NCBI GenBank assembly: GCA_038245295.1
Contig: JBBRSP010000005.1
Span: 1 to 64,000 of the forward strand
DNA length: 64,000 nucleotides
Reading direction: 5' to 3'
Source: Candidatus Binatia bacterium
GTDB lineage: Bacteria; Desulfobacterota; Binatia; HRBIN30
Shown: positions 8,960 to 22,090 of the stretch, piece after piece
Layout of the letters: each line of letters starts with the position of its first letter
How positions within the stretch are numbered: the stretch's first letter is position 1
Translations under genes and position numbers: made by a program
The notes under the pieces: generated by a model
Told to the model about the DNA's origin: nothing
The model's database searches: none
What the model saw: the letters and a program-made list of their open reading frames with translations, nothing else

Positions 8960-10437
8960 CTAGCCGAGGTGGAAGCGCACCGACTGATCGGCCATGTTGA
9001 TGATCGGTTGCCAGTAGACGCCAAGGATGATCGTCAGGCCCGCCAGCAGGCCCAGCATGGCGCCTTCCTGCATGGACAGTGTCACCGGAGCTTCGTCGCC
9101 GTTCGGCATATCGAGGAACATCGTGCGTACAATGCGCATGTAGTAGTAGAGCGACACGACACTATTGGCGACGCCGACGAGGGCCAGGAAGTAAAAGTGC
9201 TGCTTAACGACGGCGGCAAACAGGTAGAACTTGCCGACAAAGCCGGCCAGCGGCGGCAATCCGGTCAACGAAAACAGGAAGATCGCCATCGCCACCGCCG
9301 GCACCGTGCCGCCGCGCCAGGCGAGCCCACGGAACGCGTCGATGTCTTCGCGACCGGTGTCATTTGAAACCATCATCACGACCAGGAAAGCGCCCATGTT
9401 CATCAGGTAGTAGACGACCATGTAGAACATCATGGCGCGCAGGCCTTCGTTTGTCAGAACGACAAAACCCATCAGCATGTAGCCGGCGTGTGCGATGCTC
9501 GAATAGGCCAGCAGGCGCTTCAGATTGCGTTGGGTCAGCGCCGACAGGTTGCCGAGTGTCATCGTCACCATCGACAGGACGAGAACCAGCTGCGGCCAGT
9601 CGACGCCCGGAATCATCTGCCACGAGCCGTCGGCGTTGAATTTGGACAGGCCAGGGTAGAACACGCGCATCAGCAAGGCAAAGCCGGCCGCCTTCGAGGC
9701 AACCGAGAGAAACGCCGTCACGGGAATCGGCGCCCCGGTGTACACGTCGGGCGCCCACATGTGAAACGGCACGGCCGAGATCTTGTATCCAAAGCCGGCA
9801 AACGTCAGCAGCAATGCAATGAACATCGCCAGCTTGTCGGGCGCCCCCGCCTGCAACGCGGCGTTGATGTGGCCAAGGTCCATGCTGCCCGTGAGGCCGT
9901 AGATCCAGCTCATGCCGTAGATCATCGTCCCCGATGCCACGCCGCCGTAGATCAAATACTTCAGCGCCGCTTCGCCGGAACGCCGATCGTGGCGCATGAA
10001 CCCGCTCAACACGTACGAGGTGAGGCTAAGGAACTCGAGCGACAGATAGGCCATCAGCAGGTGGTTCGCACACGCCATGAAGAACGTCGCCAACGTCGCC
10101 GACGTCAGCATCGCATAATACTCGCCCTGGCTGGTACGCTGCACTTCGCGCGAGCCGAGCGACATGTAGACCGCCACCGCCGCCGAGAACCCGAACAGCA
10201 TCTTGAAGAAAACCGCGAACGGATCGGTGACCAGCATGCGGTTGAACAGGAAGCCTTCGGTCGTGCCGCGTAGCTGCGCCGCCGCAAGGGCCGCCAGCAA
10301 GATGATCAACAGGGCCGCTTCACCCAGTCGTTGCTTGTTGCGCACGACCAGGTCGCCCAGGAACAGTAAAATCACCCCGAGCGCCAGCAGGATCTCGGGA
10401 ACGATGTAGGCGAGGCTGTCGAGGTTACCGAGGCTCA

Positions 10438-10438
<1 letters not shown>
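8960..10438 (-). CDS. nuoN: NADH-quinone oxidoreductase subunit N
   Basis: EAALKY, FKISAVPFHMWAPDVY-like and KRLLAYSSIAHAGY motifs; last gene of the operon. Confidence 0.95.
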
Positions 10439-11976
<1,538 letters not shown>

Positions 11977-12011
11977 ACGCTCACATCCTTGCGATCAGTC
12001 TATGCATGCGA

Positions 12012-14105
12012 TCACCCGGCCCACGCCAACTCGACCACCATCATCACCACCACGGCGCCGACCACCACATAGAGATAGGCGTTGATGCTGCCGGTCTGCA
12101 TCTGACGGAAGCGCTGCCCCGTGAACAACGTCGCCTCGGCAAGCCGGTTGACGATGCCGTCGATGACATACTGATCAAACATTCCGTTCAGGAACGAAAG
12201 GCCACGCACAACCGTGGCCGCGCCGTTGACGATGCCGTCGACGATCGTCCGGTCAAACCACGCCAGGAACTGCGACAGCCGCAACGTGCCGTTGATGAAC
12301 GTCTCCTGGTAGAGCTCGTCGACGTAGTACTTATTGTAAACCCAGGTGTAGACCTTGCCGCCAGCGAGATTGGTGAAGAAGTCGGGCGACCAGGTCTTCC
12401 AGAGATACATCGAAGTCGCGACGAAGATGCCGAAGAAGGCAATGCCGACAGACATGGCCATCAATAGATACTCTGTCGCGCTGCTCCCATGCGCGGCATG
12501 ATGCGCCACCGCTTCGTGGCCGTGCTCGAACACCGGCGCCAGCCACTGCTCGAACTCGAGGCTTCCGCCAAGGGAATGCGGAATCCCGACCAAGCCAATC
12601 ACCAACGCCATCGTCGCGAGAATCGCCAACGGCAGCGTCATCAACAAAGGTGATTCGTGCGGATGCGCCTCTTGCCCGTGCCCGTGCCCTTGCCCGTGAT
12701 CATCATGATGCCCGCCACGGAACTCACCGTAGAAGGTCATGTAAACCTGTCGGAACATATAGAAGGCAGTGAGGCCGGCGCCGCAGAAGCCCATCAACCA
12801 GAACAGCGGCGAGCCATTCTCACTCGACCACGCCTTCCACAAAATCTCATCCTTCGAAAAGAACCCCGAGGTGAACGGAAAACCCGTCAGGCACAGAGTC
12901 GAAATCAGGAACGTCCAGTGCGTGATCGGCATCCACTTCCTCAGGCCACCCATCTTTCGCATGTCCTGCTCGTGATGCATGGCGTGAATCACACTGCCCG
13001 AGCCAAGGAACAGACAGGCTTTGAAGAAGGCATGCGTCACCAGATGGTAGATGCCGGCGGCGTAGGCGCCGACACCCATGCCGAGGAACATGTAACCGAG
13101 CTGACTGACCGTCGAATACGCCAGCACCTTCTTGATGTCGTTCTGCGCCGTGCCGATCGTCGCCGCGAACAACGCCGTGAGGCCGCCGACGAACGCCACG
13201 ACGTGCAACGTCGTCGGCGCCATCGAGAACAACACGTTGGTGCGCCCGATCATATAAACACCGGCGGTCACCATGGTCGCCGCGTGGATCAGGGCGCTGA
13301 CCGGTGTCGGGCCGGCCATGGCGTCGGGGAGCCACACATACAACGGGATCTGCGCCGACTTCCCGGTGGCGCCGATGAAGAACAGCATCGTCACCACGGT
13401 GACCACGTCCATGCCCCAGAACGTTTTACCGCTCAGCACCTCGGCGTGCTGATTGATCTCGCGGAAGATGACACTGCCGTGGCCGGCGGCTGACATGGTC
13501 CAGAACAACAGAAACGCCCCGACCACAAACGCGAAGTCGCCGACACGATTGACGATGAACGCTTTGCTGCCGGCCGTCGCGTTGGCGTACTCCTCGTACC
13601 AGAAGCCGATCAACGCAAACGAACACAGGCCGACCCCTTCCCAGCCGACGAACATCACCAGGATGTTGTCGCCGAGCACCAGGGTCAGCATCATCGCCGT
13701 GAACAGGTTGAGATACGCGAAGAAGCGCCAGAAGGCGGCATCGTCGTGCATGTAGGCGACCGAATAGATGTGGATCAGGCCGCCGACCCCCGTGACCACC
13801 AGGAGCAGGGTCGCCGACAGCGGGTCGGCCCAGAACGCCATGGGCGCGTGCAGGTCGCCGATGTGAATCCAATCCCAGACGTTGTCGAGAAGCGCCCGTT
13901 CCTCAGGCGCCACGCCGCGCAATTGGAAGAAGACGCTCAGCGAAATCGCGAAGGCCAGCCAAACCGGGGCGCAGGCGAGGATCGAAATGGCGTTCTTGCC
14001 GAACTGTTTCTGAATCACCCGGCCGAAGAGCCCGTTGATGACAGCACCCAACAGCGGCAAGAAAATGATCCAGCGCAAGCTCTGCGTTGCAATCGGATGT
14101 TCCAT
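12012..14105 (-). CDS. nuoL: NADH-quinone oxidoreductase subunit L
   Basis: GWEGVGLCS, GKSAQIPLYVWLPDAMAGPTPVSALIHAATMVTAG. Confidence 0.96.
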   Translation of the reverse strand: MEHPIATQSLRWIIFLPLLGAVINGLFGRVIQKQFGKNAISILACAPVWLAFAISLSVFFQLRGVAPEERALLDNVWDWIHIGDLHAPMAFWADPLSATLLLVVTGVGGLIHIYSVAYMHDDAAFWRFFAYLNLFTAMMLTLVLGDNILVMFVGWEGVGLCSFALIGFWYEEYANATAGSKAFIVNRVGDFAFVVGAFLLFWTMSAAGHGSVIFREINQHAEVLSGKTFWGMDVVTVVTMLFFIGATGKSAQIPLYVWLPDAMAGPTPVSALIHAATMVTAGVYMIGRTNVLFSMAPTTLHVVAFVGGLTALFAATIGTAQNDIKKVLAYSTVSQLGYMFLGMGVGAYAAGIYHLVTHAFFKACLFLGSGSVIHAMHHEQDMRKMGGLRKWMPITHWTFLISTLCLTGFPFTSGFFSKDEILWKAWSSENGSPLFWLMGFCGAGLTAFYMFRQVYMTFYGEFRGGHHDDHGQGHGHGQEAHPHESPLLMTLPLAILATMALVIGLVGIPHSLGGSLEFEQWLAPVFEHGHEAVAHHAAHGSSATEYLLMAMSVGIAFFGIFVATSMYLWKTWSPDFFTNLAGGKVYTWVYNKYYVDELYQETFINGTLRLSQFLAWFDRTIVDGIVNGAATVVRGLSFLNGMFDQYVIDGIVNRLAEATLFTGQRFRQMQTGSINAYLYVVVGAVVVMMVVELAWAG

Positions 14106-14138
14106 ACTCCCCGCTTCGCTCCCCGATCGCCGCGGCCG

Positions 14139-14450
14139 TTAGCCGCGCAGCGTCTCCGTCGCTTCGACATCAATGGTGTGGAACGTCTGGTAGATGCCAA
14201 TCACGATGGCCAGCCCAATGGCCGCTTCCGCCGCCGCTAGCATGATCACGAAAATGGCAAAGATCTGTCCGTCGTAGTTGGCCGAGCCGTAACGCGAGAA
14301 CGCCAGGTAGTTGATGTTCGCCGAGTTCAGGATCAGCTCGACACCCATCAAGATGCCGATGGCGTTGCGACGCGTCAGTACACAGTACAACCCCAGCAGG
14401 AAGACCAGGGTGCTGACGACGAGGAAATGCGGCAGTCCGATACTCATCAC
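14139..14450 (-). CDS. nuoK: NADH-quinone oxidoreductase subunit K
   Basis: ELILNSANIN, AAAEAAIGLA. Confidence 0.95.
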   Translation of the reverse strand: MMSIGLPHFLVVSTLVFLLGLYCVLTRRNAIGILMGVELILNSANINYLAFSRYGSANYDGQIFAIFVIMLAAAEAAIGLAIVIGIYQTFHTIDVEATETLRG

Positions 14451-14956
14451 GCCCTCAGTTCCTTACGCGACAACAACACGGCGCCGAGCATCGCCGACAA
14501 TAGAACGATCGAGGCAAGCTCGAACGGCAGAGCGTAGTCGGTCAGAAACGCGTTGCCGATTCCCGCCGTTGTCGGCATCGGCTCCGGCAACGTTGCCAGC
14601 ACATGCCACTTGGCGCGGAAGATCGCCTGCACCATCATCGTTCCAACAAACCCGAGAATCAGCAGCGCCGGCAGACGGCCTACCGAACGGTTCGAAATAC
14701 TGACGTCGGCAATTCGATGCGTCAGCATCACCGCAAACAACGTCAGCACCAGAATGCCGCCGACGTAGACCAACACCTGCACGATGGCGACGAAGTCAGC
14801 CGCCAGGAAAACATACAGCCCGGCAGCGCCCATGAAGGCCGCCATCATGGCGAAACCCGAGTAAACGATGTTGTTCGAAAACGCGACGCCGGCCGCACCG
14901 AGCACGGTGAACCCAGCCACCAGGTAGAAAAGAATGTCCCCCAGGCCGATCATCAT
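14447..14956 (-). CDS. nuoJ: NADH-quinone oxidoreductase subunit J
   Basis: QVLVYVGGILVL, YALPFELASIVLL. Confidence 0.93.
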   Translation of the reverse strand: MMIGLGDILFYLVAGFTVLGAAGVAFSNNIVYSGFAMMAAFMGAAGLYVFLAADFVAIVQVLVYVGGILVLTLFAVMLTHRIADVSISNRSVGRLPALLILGFVGTMMVQAIFRAKWHVLATLPEPMPTTAGIGNAFLTDYALPFELASIVLLSAMLGAVLLSRKELRA

Positions 14957-15525
14957 TACGCCGCTTCCTCCTCCGAGCCAGGAGGTGGAGGGCCGTCCGG
15001 GGAGGCAAACTCGTTGACGTAACTCATGCCGCGATCGAGGTACTGCAGGATCTCGGGATCGTCCTCGCCGGCCTTCTTCGGTTTATAAGCCATCACCGGA
15101 TCCTTGACGAAACGACGGATCAGACTCTCCAACGAGTAGTCGGCGCCTTCGAACTCCGGCGTGTGATGAATCGAACCGGTCGGGCAAGGCTCGCTGCACA
15201 GTCCGCAGTACATGCACTTAGACATGTCGATGTCGAAGCGCGTCAGCACCATGCCCCTGCCATCTTTGCCCTTCTTGGCGTCGATGACGATGCAATCGAT
15301 CGGGCAAGCTCGTTCGCAGGCCAGACAACCGGTGCAGATCTCCAGGTCGACCTCGAGAATGCCACGGTAGCGGAACGGCAGCGTGTCTTGGATACGCACC
15401 GGCATGCGATCCGGATACTGCACCGTCGACGGTTTGCGCATGGTGTGCGACAGCGTGATCGCCATACCTTCGAAGACGCTGCGGCAAGCCGCTTTGATGT
15501 TTCCGATGTAATCGTTGAGTGTCAT
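14956..15525 (-). CDS. nuoI: NADH-quinone oxidoreductase subunit I (2x[4Fe-4S])
   Basis: CTGCLACERACP and CMYCGLCSEPCP; start taken at MTLNDY (15525), just after the nuoH stop. Confidence 0.93.
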   Translation of the reverse strand: MTLNDYIGNIKAACRSVFEGMAITLSHTMRKPSTVQYPDRMPVRIQDTLPFRYRGILEVDLEICTGCLACERACPIDCIVIDAKKGKDGRGMVLTRFDIDMSKCMYCGLCSEPCPTGSIHHTPEFEGADYSLESLIRRFVKDPVMAYKPKKAGEDDPEILQYLDRGMSYVNEFASPDGPPPPGSEEEAA

Positions 15526-15532
15526 GCCCTGC

Positions 15533-16732
15533 TCACACAATCGGGTTGAGAGAGAACTGCCCGTGCTCGCGGGTTCGCGAACGGCGCAGGTGGAAGGCCA
15601 CACGGCGGAAGAACGTCACTAGAATGAACGCCCCGCCGAGAGTCATCAGGACTGACATGGCGCGGTTGCCATACGGGAAGAGAGCGACCCAGATCGCCGC
15701 CAGGAACATGTTCAAGAACGCCACGGGCACGAGATACTTCCAGCAGATCGCCATCAATTGATCGACGCGCACACGCGGCAACGTGGCGCGAATCCACATT
15801 GCCACGATGGCCCAGAAGTACGACTTCACGAAAAAGGTGACGAACTGGAGCACCGTCTGCAACACGGCGTTGTCCGTCACCGGCGGAATATTCCAGCCGC
15901 CCAGGAAACACGTCGTCAGGATCGCCCCAATCACGTAGAGATTGCCCCACTCGACCATGAAGAACACCAGGTAACGCACACCCGAGTACTCGGTAACGAA
16001 ACCCGAGACCAGCTCGCTCTCCGCCTCCGGTAGGTCGAACGGCGTGCGATTGCCTTCGGCTAGCGCCGCCGTGAAGAACATGAAGAACGCCACAAAAGCG
16101 AAGGGGTTGGCGAAGATGAACCAATCCCACGGCGCCCAGCTCTGCTGGCGAATGATGTCTTGCATGTTCATCGAGCCGGTCATCAAGACGATCGGCATCA
16201 ATGCCAGACCAGCCGGAATTTCGTAACTGACGATCTGCGCCGCGGCGCGAATGCCGCCGATGAGTGACCATTTGTTGTTCGACGCCCAGCCGGCCATCAG
16301 GATGCCGACGGCAACCAGAGACGTCACGGTGGTAATGTACAGCAGGCCGATGTTCATCTCGGCGATGACCAGACGATCGGCGAACGGCACCACCACGAAG
16401 GAAGCAACGAAGCCCATGATCACGAGATAGGGCGCGGCACGAAACAACCGCTGATCGGCGTGTGTCGGGATGACGTCTTCCTTCATCACCAGCTTCACAC
16501 CATCGGCGAGCCACTGCAGAATGCCTTGCGGGCCGACGCGATTGGGTCCGACACGGCTTTGCATGCGAGCCCAGACGCGACGCTCGATGAACGTCGTCAC
16601 GCCGGCAACGTTCAGAATGAACCCGAGCAGGACGATCAGGCCGAACACCAGCATGCCGCCGGCGTAGACCACGTCGACCGGCACTCCGGCGAACCAGCCG
16701 TTGGCAATCAAGCTATCGAGGAAACTCTGCAT
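15533..16732 (-). CDS. nuoH: NADH-quinone oxidoreductase subunit H
   Basis: [36 protein letters not shown]. Confidence 0.96.
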   Translation of the reverse strand: MQSFLDSLIANGWFAGVPVDVVYAGGMLVFGLIVLLGFILNVAGVTTFIERRVWARMQSRVGPNRVGPQGILQWLADGVKLVMKEDVIPTHADQRLFRAAPYLVIMGFVASFVVVPFADRLVIAEMNIGLLYITTVTSLVAVGILMAGWASNNKWSLIGGIRAAAQIVSYEIPAGLALMPIVLMTGSMNMQDIIRQQSWAPWDWFIFANPFAFVAFFMFFTAALAEGNRTPFDLPEAESELVSGFVTEYSGVRYLVFFMVEWGNLYVIGAILTTCFLGGWNIPPVTDNAVLQTVLQFVTFFVKSYFWAIVAMWIRATLPRVRVDQLMAICWKYLVPVAFLNMFLAAIWVALFPYGNRAMSVLMTLGGAFILVTFFRRVAFHLRRSRTREHGQFSLNPIV

Positions 16733-16753
16733 GCGGGCGCTCCGTGACCGCGG

Positions 16754-17911
16754 TCAGCGGTCAACCTCCGGTGCAACAATGTCGAGGCTGGCGATCACAG
16801 CAACGAGATCGGCCAACATGAGGCCGGGCGAGATCGCATCGATGATACTCATGGCCGAGAACGAGCCGGTGCGCACATGCACGCGATACGGGAACTCGCT
16901 GCCGTCGGTGACGCAGTACCAACCCATGTCGCCGCGGGCGCTTTCGACGCGCACGTAACCGTCGCCTGCCGGCGGTTTGAACTTGCGCGGCACCTTGGCG
17001 ATCACCGGCCCCTCGGGAATCTGTAGGAAGCATTGTCGCAGGATGCGGATGCTTTCCTTCAGCTCCTCCATGCGCACGATGTAGCGATCAAAGCAGTCGC
17101 CGATTGTGCCGACCTGACCGCTGCCGATCGGTACTTCGAACTCAAGCTCCGGATACACCGAATACGGTTCGTCACGACGCACGTCGTACTTCACGCCGGA
17201 GGCGCGCAGATTGGGCCCGACCAGGTTATAATTGATTGCCTGCGCCGGCGGCACCGCCGCCACATTGGCGAGACGATTGATCCAGATGACGTTGCCGGTG
17301 ACCAGATCGTGGAACTCGTCGATACACGGCTCGAAGTAATTGAGGAACTCGGTGACACGATCGACGAAGCCCGGCGGCAAGTCCCAGGCGACCCCGCCGA
17401 TGCGCATATAATTGTAGGTCAGCCGCGCGCCGCACAGCTCTTCGAGCAAGTCGTTGATCTTCTCGCGCTCGCGGAACGCATGAAAGAACGGCGTGATGGC
17501 GCCGATGTCGAGCACCATGGTGCCAACCGACAGGAGGTGGCTCGACAGGCGATTGAGCTCGGCGGCGATGATGCGGCAGTACTCGCCGCGTTTCGGCACT
17601 TCGATGCCGGCGATCTTCTCGCACACCATGCCCCAGCCCTGGTTGCAGAACATGGCGGCGACGTAGTCGACGCGATCGGTGTACGGCATGAAGCCGTGGA
17701 AGCCGACCTTCTCGGAAATCTTTTCGATCGAACGGTGCAGGTACCCGACATCGGCCACGGTCGAGCGCATCACCTCGCCGTCCGCCTTGATCACGAAACG
17801 CAACACGCCGTGGGTACTCGGGTGCTGCGGACCCATATTGAGGGTCATCTCCTCGGTTTCGAGACCCGTGTTCTCGCGTTGGATTTCGACTTCGAATCCG
17901 CTCAAACCCAT
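16754..17911 (-). CDS. nuoD: NADH-quinone oxidoreductase subunit D
   Basis: [20 protein letters not shown]-terminal EVDR; no NiFe-binding CxxC motifs. Confidence 0.95.
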   Translation of the reverse strand: MGLSGFEVEIQRENTGLETEEMTLNMGPQHPSTHGVLRFVIKADGEVMRSTVADVGYLHRSIEKISEKVGFHGFMPYTDRVDYVAAMFCNQGWGMVCEKIAGIEVPKRGEYCRIIAAELNRLSSHLLSVGTMVLDIGAITPFFHAFREREKINDLLEELCGARLTYNYMRIGGVAWDLPPGFVDRVTEFLNYFEPCIDEFHDLVTGNVIWINRLANVAAVPPAQAINYNLVGPNLRASGVKYDVRRDEPYSVYPELEFEVPIGSGQVGTIGDCFDRYIVRMEELKESIRILRQCFLQIPEGPVIAKVPRKFKPPAGDGYVRVESARGDMGWYCVTDGSEFPYRVHVRTGSFSAMSIIDAISPGLMLADLVAVIASLDIVAPEVDR

Positions 17912-17927
17912 CAGCGTTCCCTACACC

Positions 17928-18428
17928 CTACCGCAGTAGGCTCTCTCGGCGAGTACTGATGCCGTGATACTCTTGCGGTTCGACATAATCCTTGCGCGCC
18001 GGGTGGCCGATCCAGTCCTCCGGCATCAGCAAACGGCGCAAATCACTGTGCCCGGAGAAATCGACGCCCATCAAATCGTAGATCTCGCGCTCGAGCCAAT
18101 TGGCCGCCTTCCAGACACCCTCGACGGTCGGCACCACGGGATTGTCGCGCGGCGTATCGACCTTCAAGACGATGTAGTGGCGGTAGGTGTACGAGAAGAG
18201 ATGATAGACGACCTGCAGCAAACCCTTGGCTTTGAAGTCGACGGCGGACTGATTCGACAGGCAGTCAAAACGTAGATCCGGCTCGTCGTGCAGGAAGCGG
18301 CAGACGTCAACAATGCCGTCCGGCTTGACGGAAATCGACGAGTCGTTGCCACGCTCGGCGAGGTCGCCGACGTGCGCCGCGAAGCGATCCTTCAGTTTCT
18401 GATGAATTGCTGGCGCGTCCATCCCCAT
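17928..18428 (-). CDS. nuoC: NADH-quinone oxidoreductase subunit C
   Basis: WLEREIYDLMGVDFSGHSDLRRLLMPEDWIGHPARKDY. Confidence 0.95.
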   Translation of the reverse strand: MGMDAPAIHQKLKDRFAAHVGDLAERGNDSSISVKPDGIVDVCRFLHDEPDLRFDCLSNQSAVDFKAKGLLQVVYHLFSYTYRHYIVLKVDTPRDNPVVPTVEGVWKAANWLEREIYDLMGVDFSGHSDLRRLLMPEDWIGHPARKDYVEPQEYHGISTRRESLLR

Positions 18429-18440
18429 GCCCTGCCCTGC

Positions 18441-18956
18441 CTAAGCGGTCGCCTGCTCGATTGCGCGCGGGCGAACCAGCCAACGTTCCTTCATCATCTT
18501 TTCTTGCAGCTTGAGGATACCTTCGGTGAGCGCCTCGGGCCGCGGTGGACAACCGGGCACATACACATCGACCGGGATGACCTTATCGACACCGTCACAC
18601 ACCGAATACGCCAGTTGGAAGAGACCGCCACAGCTGGCGCAACTTCCCATCGAGATCACGTAGCGCGGCTCCGGCATCTGCTCGTAGAGCAGCTTCGTGC
18701 GCAGAGCCATCTTGAGCGTCAGGGTTCCGGCCACGATCATCAGATCGGACTGCCGCGGCGCGGCGCGTGGGGCCGAGCCGAAACGATCAACGTCGGCCCG
18801 CGGGCCTTGTGTCTGCATCATCTCGATGGCGCAGCAGGCCAGGCCGAAAAGCATCCACCACACCGAGGACTTACGAGTCCAATTGAGCAAAAGATCGACC
18901 CGCGTCGTCACCGGGCCAAGGATTCCATCGTCGGGGAGCGTGTTGATGAGCGACAT
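18441..18956 (-). CDS. nuoB: NADH-quinone oxidoreductase subunit B
   Basis: [27 protein letters not shown]. Confidence 0.96.
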   Translation of the reverse strand: MSLINTLPDDGILGPVTTRVDLLLNWTRKSSVWWMLFGLACCAIEMMQTQGPRADVDRFGSAPRAAPRQSDLMIVAGTLTLKMALRTKLLYEQMPEPRYVISMGSCASCGGLFQLAYSVCDGVDKVIPVDVYVPGCPPRPEALTEGILKLQEKMMKERWLVRPRAIEQATA

Positions 18957-18977
18957 GATCTTTTCCCTCTTCGTCGT

Positions 18978-19415
18978 TCAGGCGGCTTCGCGCACGTCAT
19001 CCGACGCCGGCTTGGCCAAAGGCTCGCGAACGACTTGAACCTTCTTGAGCCATTCAAAGTCGCCTTTGACCAAAACTACCACGAGTCCGACAAACAAAAT
19101 CGCCAAAAAGAGAAAGATCTCGGTAAGCGCAAACAGCGCCTGCCCTTTGAGCACCCAATCGCGGAAAACCAACGCCACCGGGAAAACGAAGGCGACTTCC
19201 ACGTCGAAAATCACGAAGATGAGAGCGACGGTGTAGAAGCGAATGTTGAAGTTCACCCACGCCGAACCGGTCGGTGGTTCACCGCACTCATACGTCGTGA
19301 GCTTGAGCGGTTCCGGGTTGTCGGGCCGCAGCAAACTGCCCAGCGCCAGCATGCCGGCAACGAACAGAACGCCCAAACCGAGGAACAACAGAACGTTGGC
19401 GAATTGAAAATACAT
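18978..19415 (-). CDS. nuoA: NADH-quinone oxidoreductase subunit A
   Basis: YECGE, FVIFDVE. Confidence 0.95.
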   Translation of the reverse strand: MYFQFANVLLFLGLGVLFVAGMLALGSLLRPDNPEPLKLTTYECGEPPTGSAWVNFNIRFYTVALIFVIFDVEVAFVFPVALVFRDWVLKGQALFALTEIFLFLAILFVGLVVVLVKGDFEWLKKVQVVREPLAKPASDDVREAA

Positions 19416-19691
19416 AAGTGCTTCGTCTGGAAAACTGAAGCGGAGCTACCATCATCCGCAGTCTGGTGTCAATTAACGACGCCGCGCCAAGCCTGCGGAT
19501 TCACTAATAGGACGAAGCGAATTGCTTATCCGAGACCATAACGGCTTCTCGCTGCAACCCGCTGCGCCACCAGACTCGAAGGGCGAAAGAGTTTGCAGGG
19601 TATCCAGACAATCGCTCTAGCCGCCGGGCGATGCGGCGGAATGTAACAGACCACCCAGCGTCTGGCCCGGATCGTGCACTCTCAAGCCACC

Positions 19692-21995
19692 ATGAAGAAG
19701 ACAACCTGCAGTCAAAGACAGGCAACCCGGAGAAGGATTGTGCTCGGCATGATCGGGTTCAGTGTCGCGCTCGCCGGGCGCGCTTCCGCCGGCACCATGT
19801 TCGGCGCGCTGAGCAACTTCGATGCGGTCAACGACACCGGCTCGCCCTGCAATGGCTTTGAGATCGAGCTGGAGGATGTCCAATCCAAGGATGTGACCTA
19901 CACATTCCAATATCAGCGCTACGGCGTGCCCAAGATCACCGAAGACTCCATCATGGTGAACGGTACCCTGCATCCGCGTACCTTCGTGCGCTGGATGAGT
20001 TCATACGATCAGGTCGCTCACACCTTTACGCAAACGACACCGTTGGCACCCGTCGGCTTCCGCGATACCGGCGGACACCTCTGCTTCAAGAATATGAACG
20101 TCAACGGCCAGCCGTACGACACCGCCGGCTGCGAACACTTCGGCGTCGGAACGCTGAAGAACCCGACCAAGACGACCTATCGCTGGATGAAGGAAGATCC
20201 GGCAACACCAGGCAGCCTGCTGGCCCAGGGCAGTCCGGTCACCATCCCGGCACCGGTCTGGGCGGTCAACCCGGCCCCGAATCCGCTGGTGAACCCGGCG
20301 CCCGTTGTTGTCGCCGTCATCCCGGTGCCCCCGCCGCCGGCCGTCGTTCCCGTGCGCTACCTGCCCAATGCCGAGTTCGGCGTCGCCGTGTGGGCCAAGG
20401 TTTTCGAAACCGAATCGGAAGGCCCGGGAGATCTAAAGCATCTTGTCTCCGATGACGTCGCCGTGCCCGGCAACCTGGGCCCCGTCGCCAACCCCAACGC
20501 CGTAACCGAAATCGCTTGGCAGATCCTGCAAACGGACACCATGAACCCGACCGCCAACGAACTCGCCTCCTCGAAGCAATTGGGTAAGGGCAAAGAGTCA
20601 GTGACCCGACGTTATGAGTTCTACAAGTACGTCGGGCCATACGACGTCGACGGCCCTGATGGCCCAAACACCGGCACCAACGAGGCATTGTGTACCTCCG
20701 TAGCCGCCGACGATGTGCATGGCTCCGGTATCAGCAACTCAGGTATCAACTGCGGCGCGCTCGCCGTCGTCGGCCAATACATCGGGGCGCAGATGGCGGC
20801 AGCCGATGTCGCGATGCCACTCTCCGCCAACGATGCGAACCTGGTGCACGGCGAGGTCGGAGTCCTGTACCCCGATCGCCCGCTTATTTTCGGCGGCAGC
20901 AGTGGTCCCTACAGCATCGGCTTCGCCGGTGCGGGCACTCTGCCCTCCACCGATGCCGGCCACGAATTCACATTGAACCCGATCACCGGTATCCTCGGCG
21001 GTGGCATTCCCAACGGGACGGGAACGTCGTCTTTCACCTTGCATGCAACCGATCTGATCGAACCGATGCAGGCACCGGTCGATGCCTCTTTTAACCTCGT
21101 CGTCGTCGATGCCGTGAGCGTCGACAATGTCGTCGCCCCCGACGGACAAAAGAACGTCGCCACCTCGGTCAACCTGACCGCCTCGGGCGGCGAATCCCCT
21201 TTCGTCTGGCGCGCCACCTCGCTGAGCCCTGGCCTGCGCGCTTCGGTCTTGGGGAATACACTGTCGCTGGTCGCCAATGCCTCCGGCGTGTTTTCGGTCG
21301 ACGTGACGGTGGACGATAGCCTGGGCGGCACGCAGACCAAGACGCTGACCTACAACATCGGTGCAGTCGTTGCGGCAACACCCACACCGACGCAGACCTC
21401 GACGTCGGTACCCGCAACGGCCACGCAGGTCCCCGCGACCGCAACCGCGACCAGTACGCCGACGTCGATTCCGCCTACGGCTACGCCGACGTCGGTGCCA
21501 ACCGACACGGCTACCGCCATTCCTCCAACCGCCACCTCCGTGCCGACGAACACGGCTACCGCCATTCCTCCAACCGCCACCTCCACCTCCGTGCCGACAA
21601 GCACCCCGACCATCATCCCGTCGGCGAGTGCTGATCTGAGCGTCACGGCTCGCCAGCTACCGCGCGCCCCACGTGCCGGCCGCAGGGTGAGCTACGCCAT
21701 CACCGTCAAGAACAACGGTCCGGCCCTTGCCCAGAGCACGTCGGTGAGCGTCTTGCTTTCCGGGCTGCAAGCCGCCGACGTCGCAACGATCACACTGCCG
21801 AAGAGCTGCGCCGTCGCCGGCACTCTCGTCACCTGCCCGCTCGGTGACCTCAAGGCGAAGCGGGATATGCACCGCACCGTGAGCGTCAAGCCGGCAGCCG
21901 CCGGACCGCTCACCGTCGACGTCCAGGCCAGCAGCTTGACGCCGAGCGCCAATCCGTCCGGCGCCGCCCTGCGAATTACGACGACCGTGAACTGA
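19692..21995 (+). CDS. Secreted multidomain protein: unknown N-terminal domain, putative Ig-like modules, Thr/Pro-rich linker, DUF11-like C-terminus
   Basis: Signal with TRRRIV, GGxxPY/F Ig-like motifs, (PPTAT)n linker, ADLSVT...YAITVKNNGP; start taken at MKKTT. Confidence 0.75.
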   Translation: MKKTTCSQRQATRRRIVLGMIGFSVALAGRASAGTMFGALSNFDAVNDTGSPCNGFEIELEDVQSKDVTYTFQYQRYGVPKITEDSIMVNGTLHPRTFVRWMSSYDQVAHTFTQTTPLAPVGFRDTGGHLCFKNMNVNGQPYDTAGCEHFGVGTLKNPTKTTYRWMKEDPATPGSLLAQGSPVTIPAPVWAVNPAPNPLVNPAPVVVAVIPVPPPPAVVPVRYLPNAEFGVAVWAKVFETESEGPGDLKHLVSDDVAVPGNLGPVANPNAVTEIAWQILQTDTMNPTANELASSKQLGKGKESVTRRYEFYKYVGPYDVDGPDGPNTGTNEALCTSVAADDVHGSGISNSGINCGALAVVGQYIGAQMAAADVAMPLSANDANLVHGEVGVLYPDRPLIFGGSSGPYSIGFAGAGTLPSTDAGHEFTLNPITGILGGGIPNGTGTSSFTLHATDLIEPMQAPVDASFNLVVVDAVSVDNVVAPDGQKNVATSVNLTASGGESPFVWRATSLSPGLRASVLGNTLSLVANASGVFSVDVTVDDSLGGTQTKTLTYNIGAVVAATPTPTQTSTSVPATATQVPATATATSTPTSIPPTATPTSVPTDTATAIPPTATSVPTNTATAIPPTATSTSVPTSTPTIIPSASADLSVTARQLPRAPRAGRRVSYAITVKNNGPALAQSTSVSVLLSGLQAADVATITLPKSCAVAGTLVTCPLGDLKAKRDMHRTVSVKPAAAGPLTVDVQASSLTPSANPSGAALRITTTVN

Positions 21996-22029
21996 CCGGC
22001 GCAACTCAAATCGTCTCGCTGCACGACGT

Positions 22030-22063
22030 CAGAAGCCCGAGCTCCCCAGAGCTCGGGCTTCTG
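22030..22063. terminator. Hairpin between convergent genes, probable bidirectional terminator
   Basis: cagaagcccgagctc-ccca-gagctcgggcttctg. Confidence 0.7.
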
Positions 22064-22090
22064 TGCGTGCGCCTGCGTCGCCAGGCGCGC

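Noticed and set aside
16754..17911. Group 4 NiFe hydrogenase large subunit
   Set aside because: No metal-binding CxxC motifs; sequence motifs and gene order fit NuoD.
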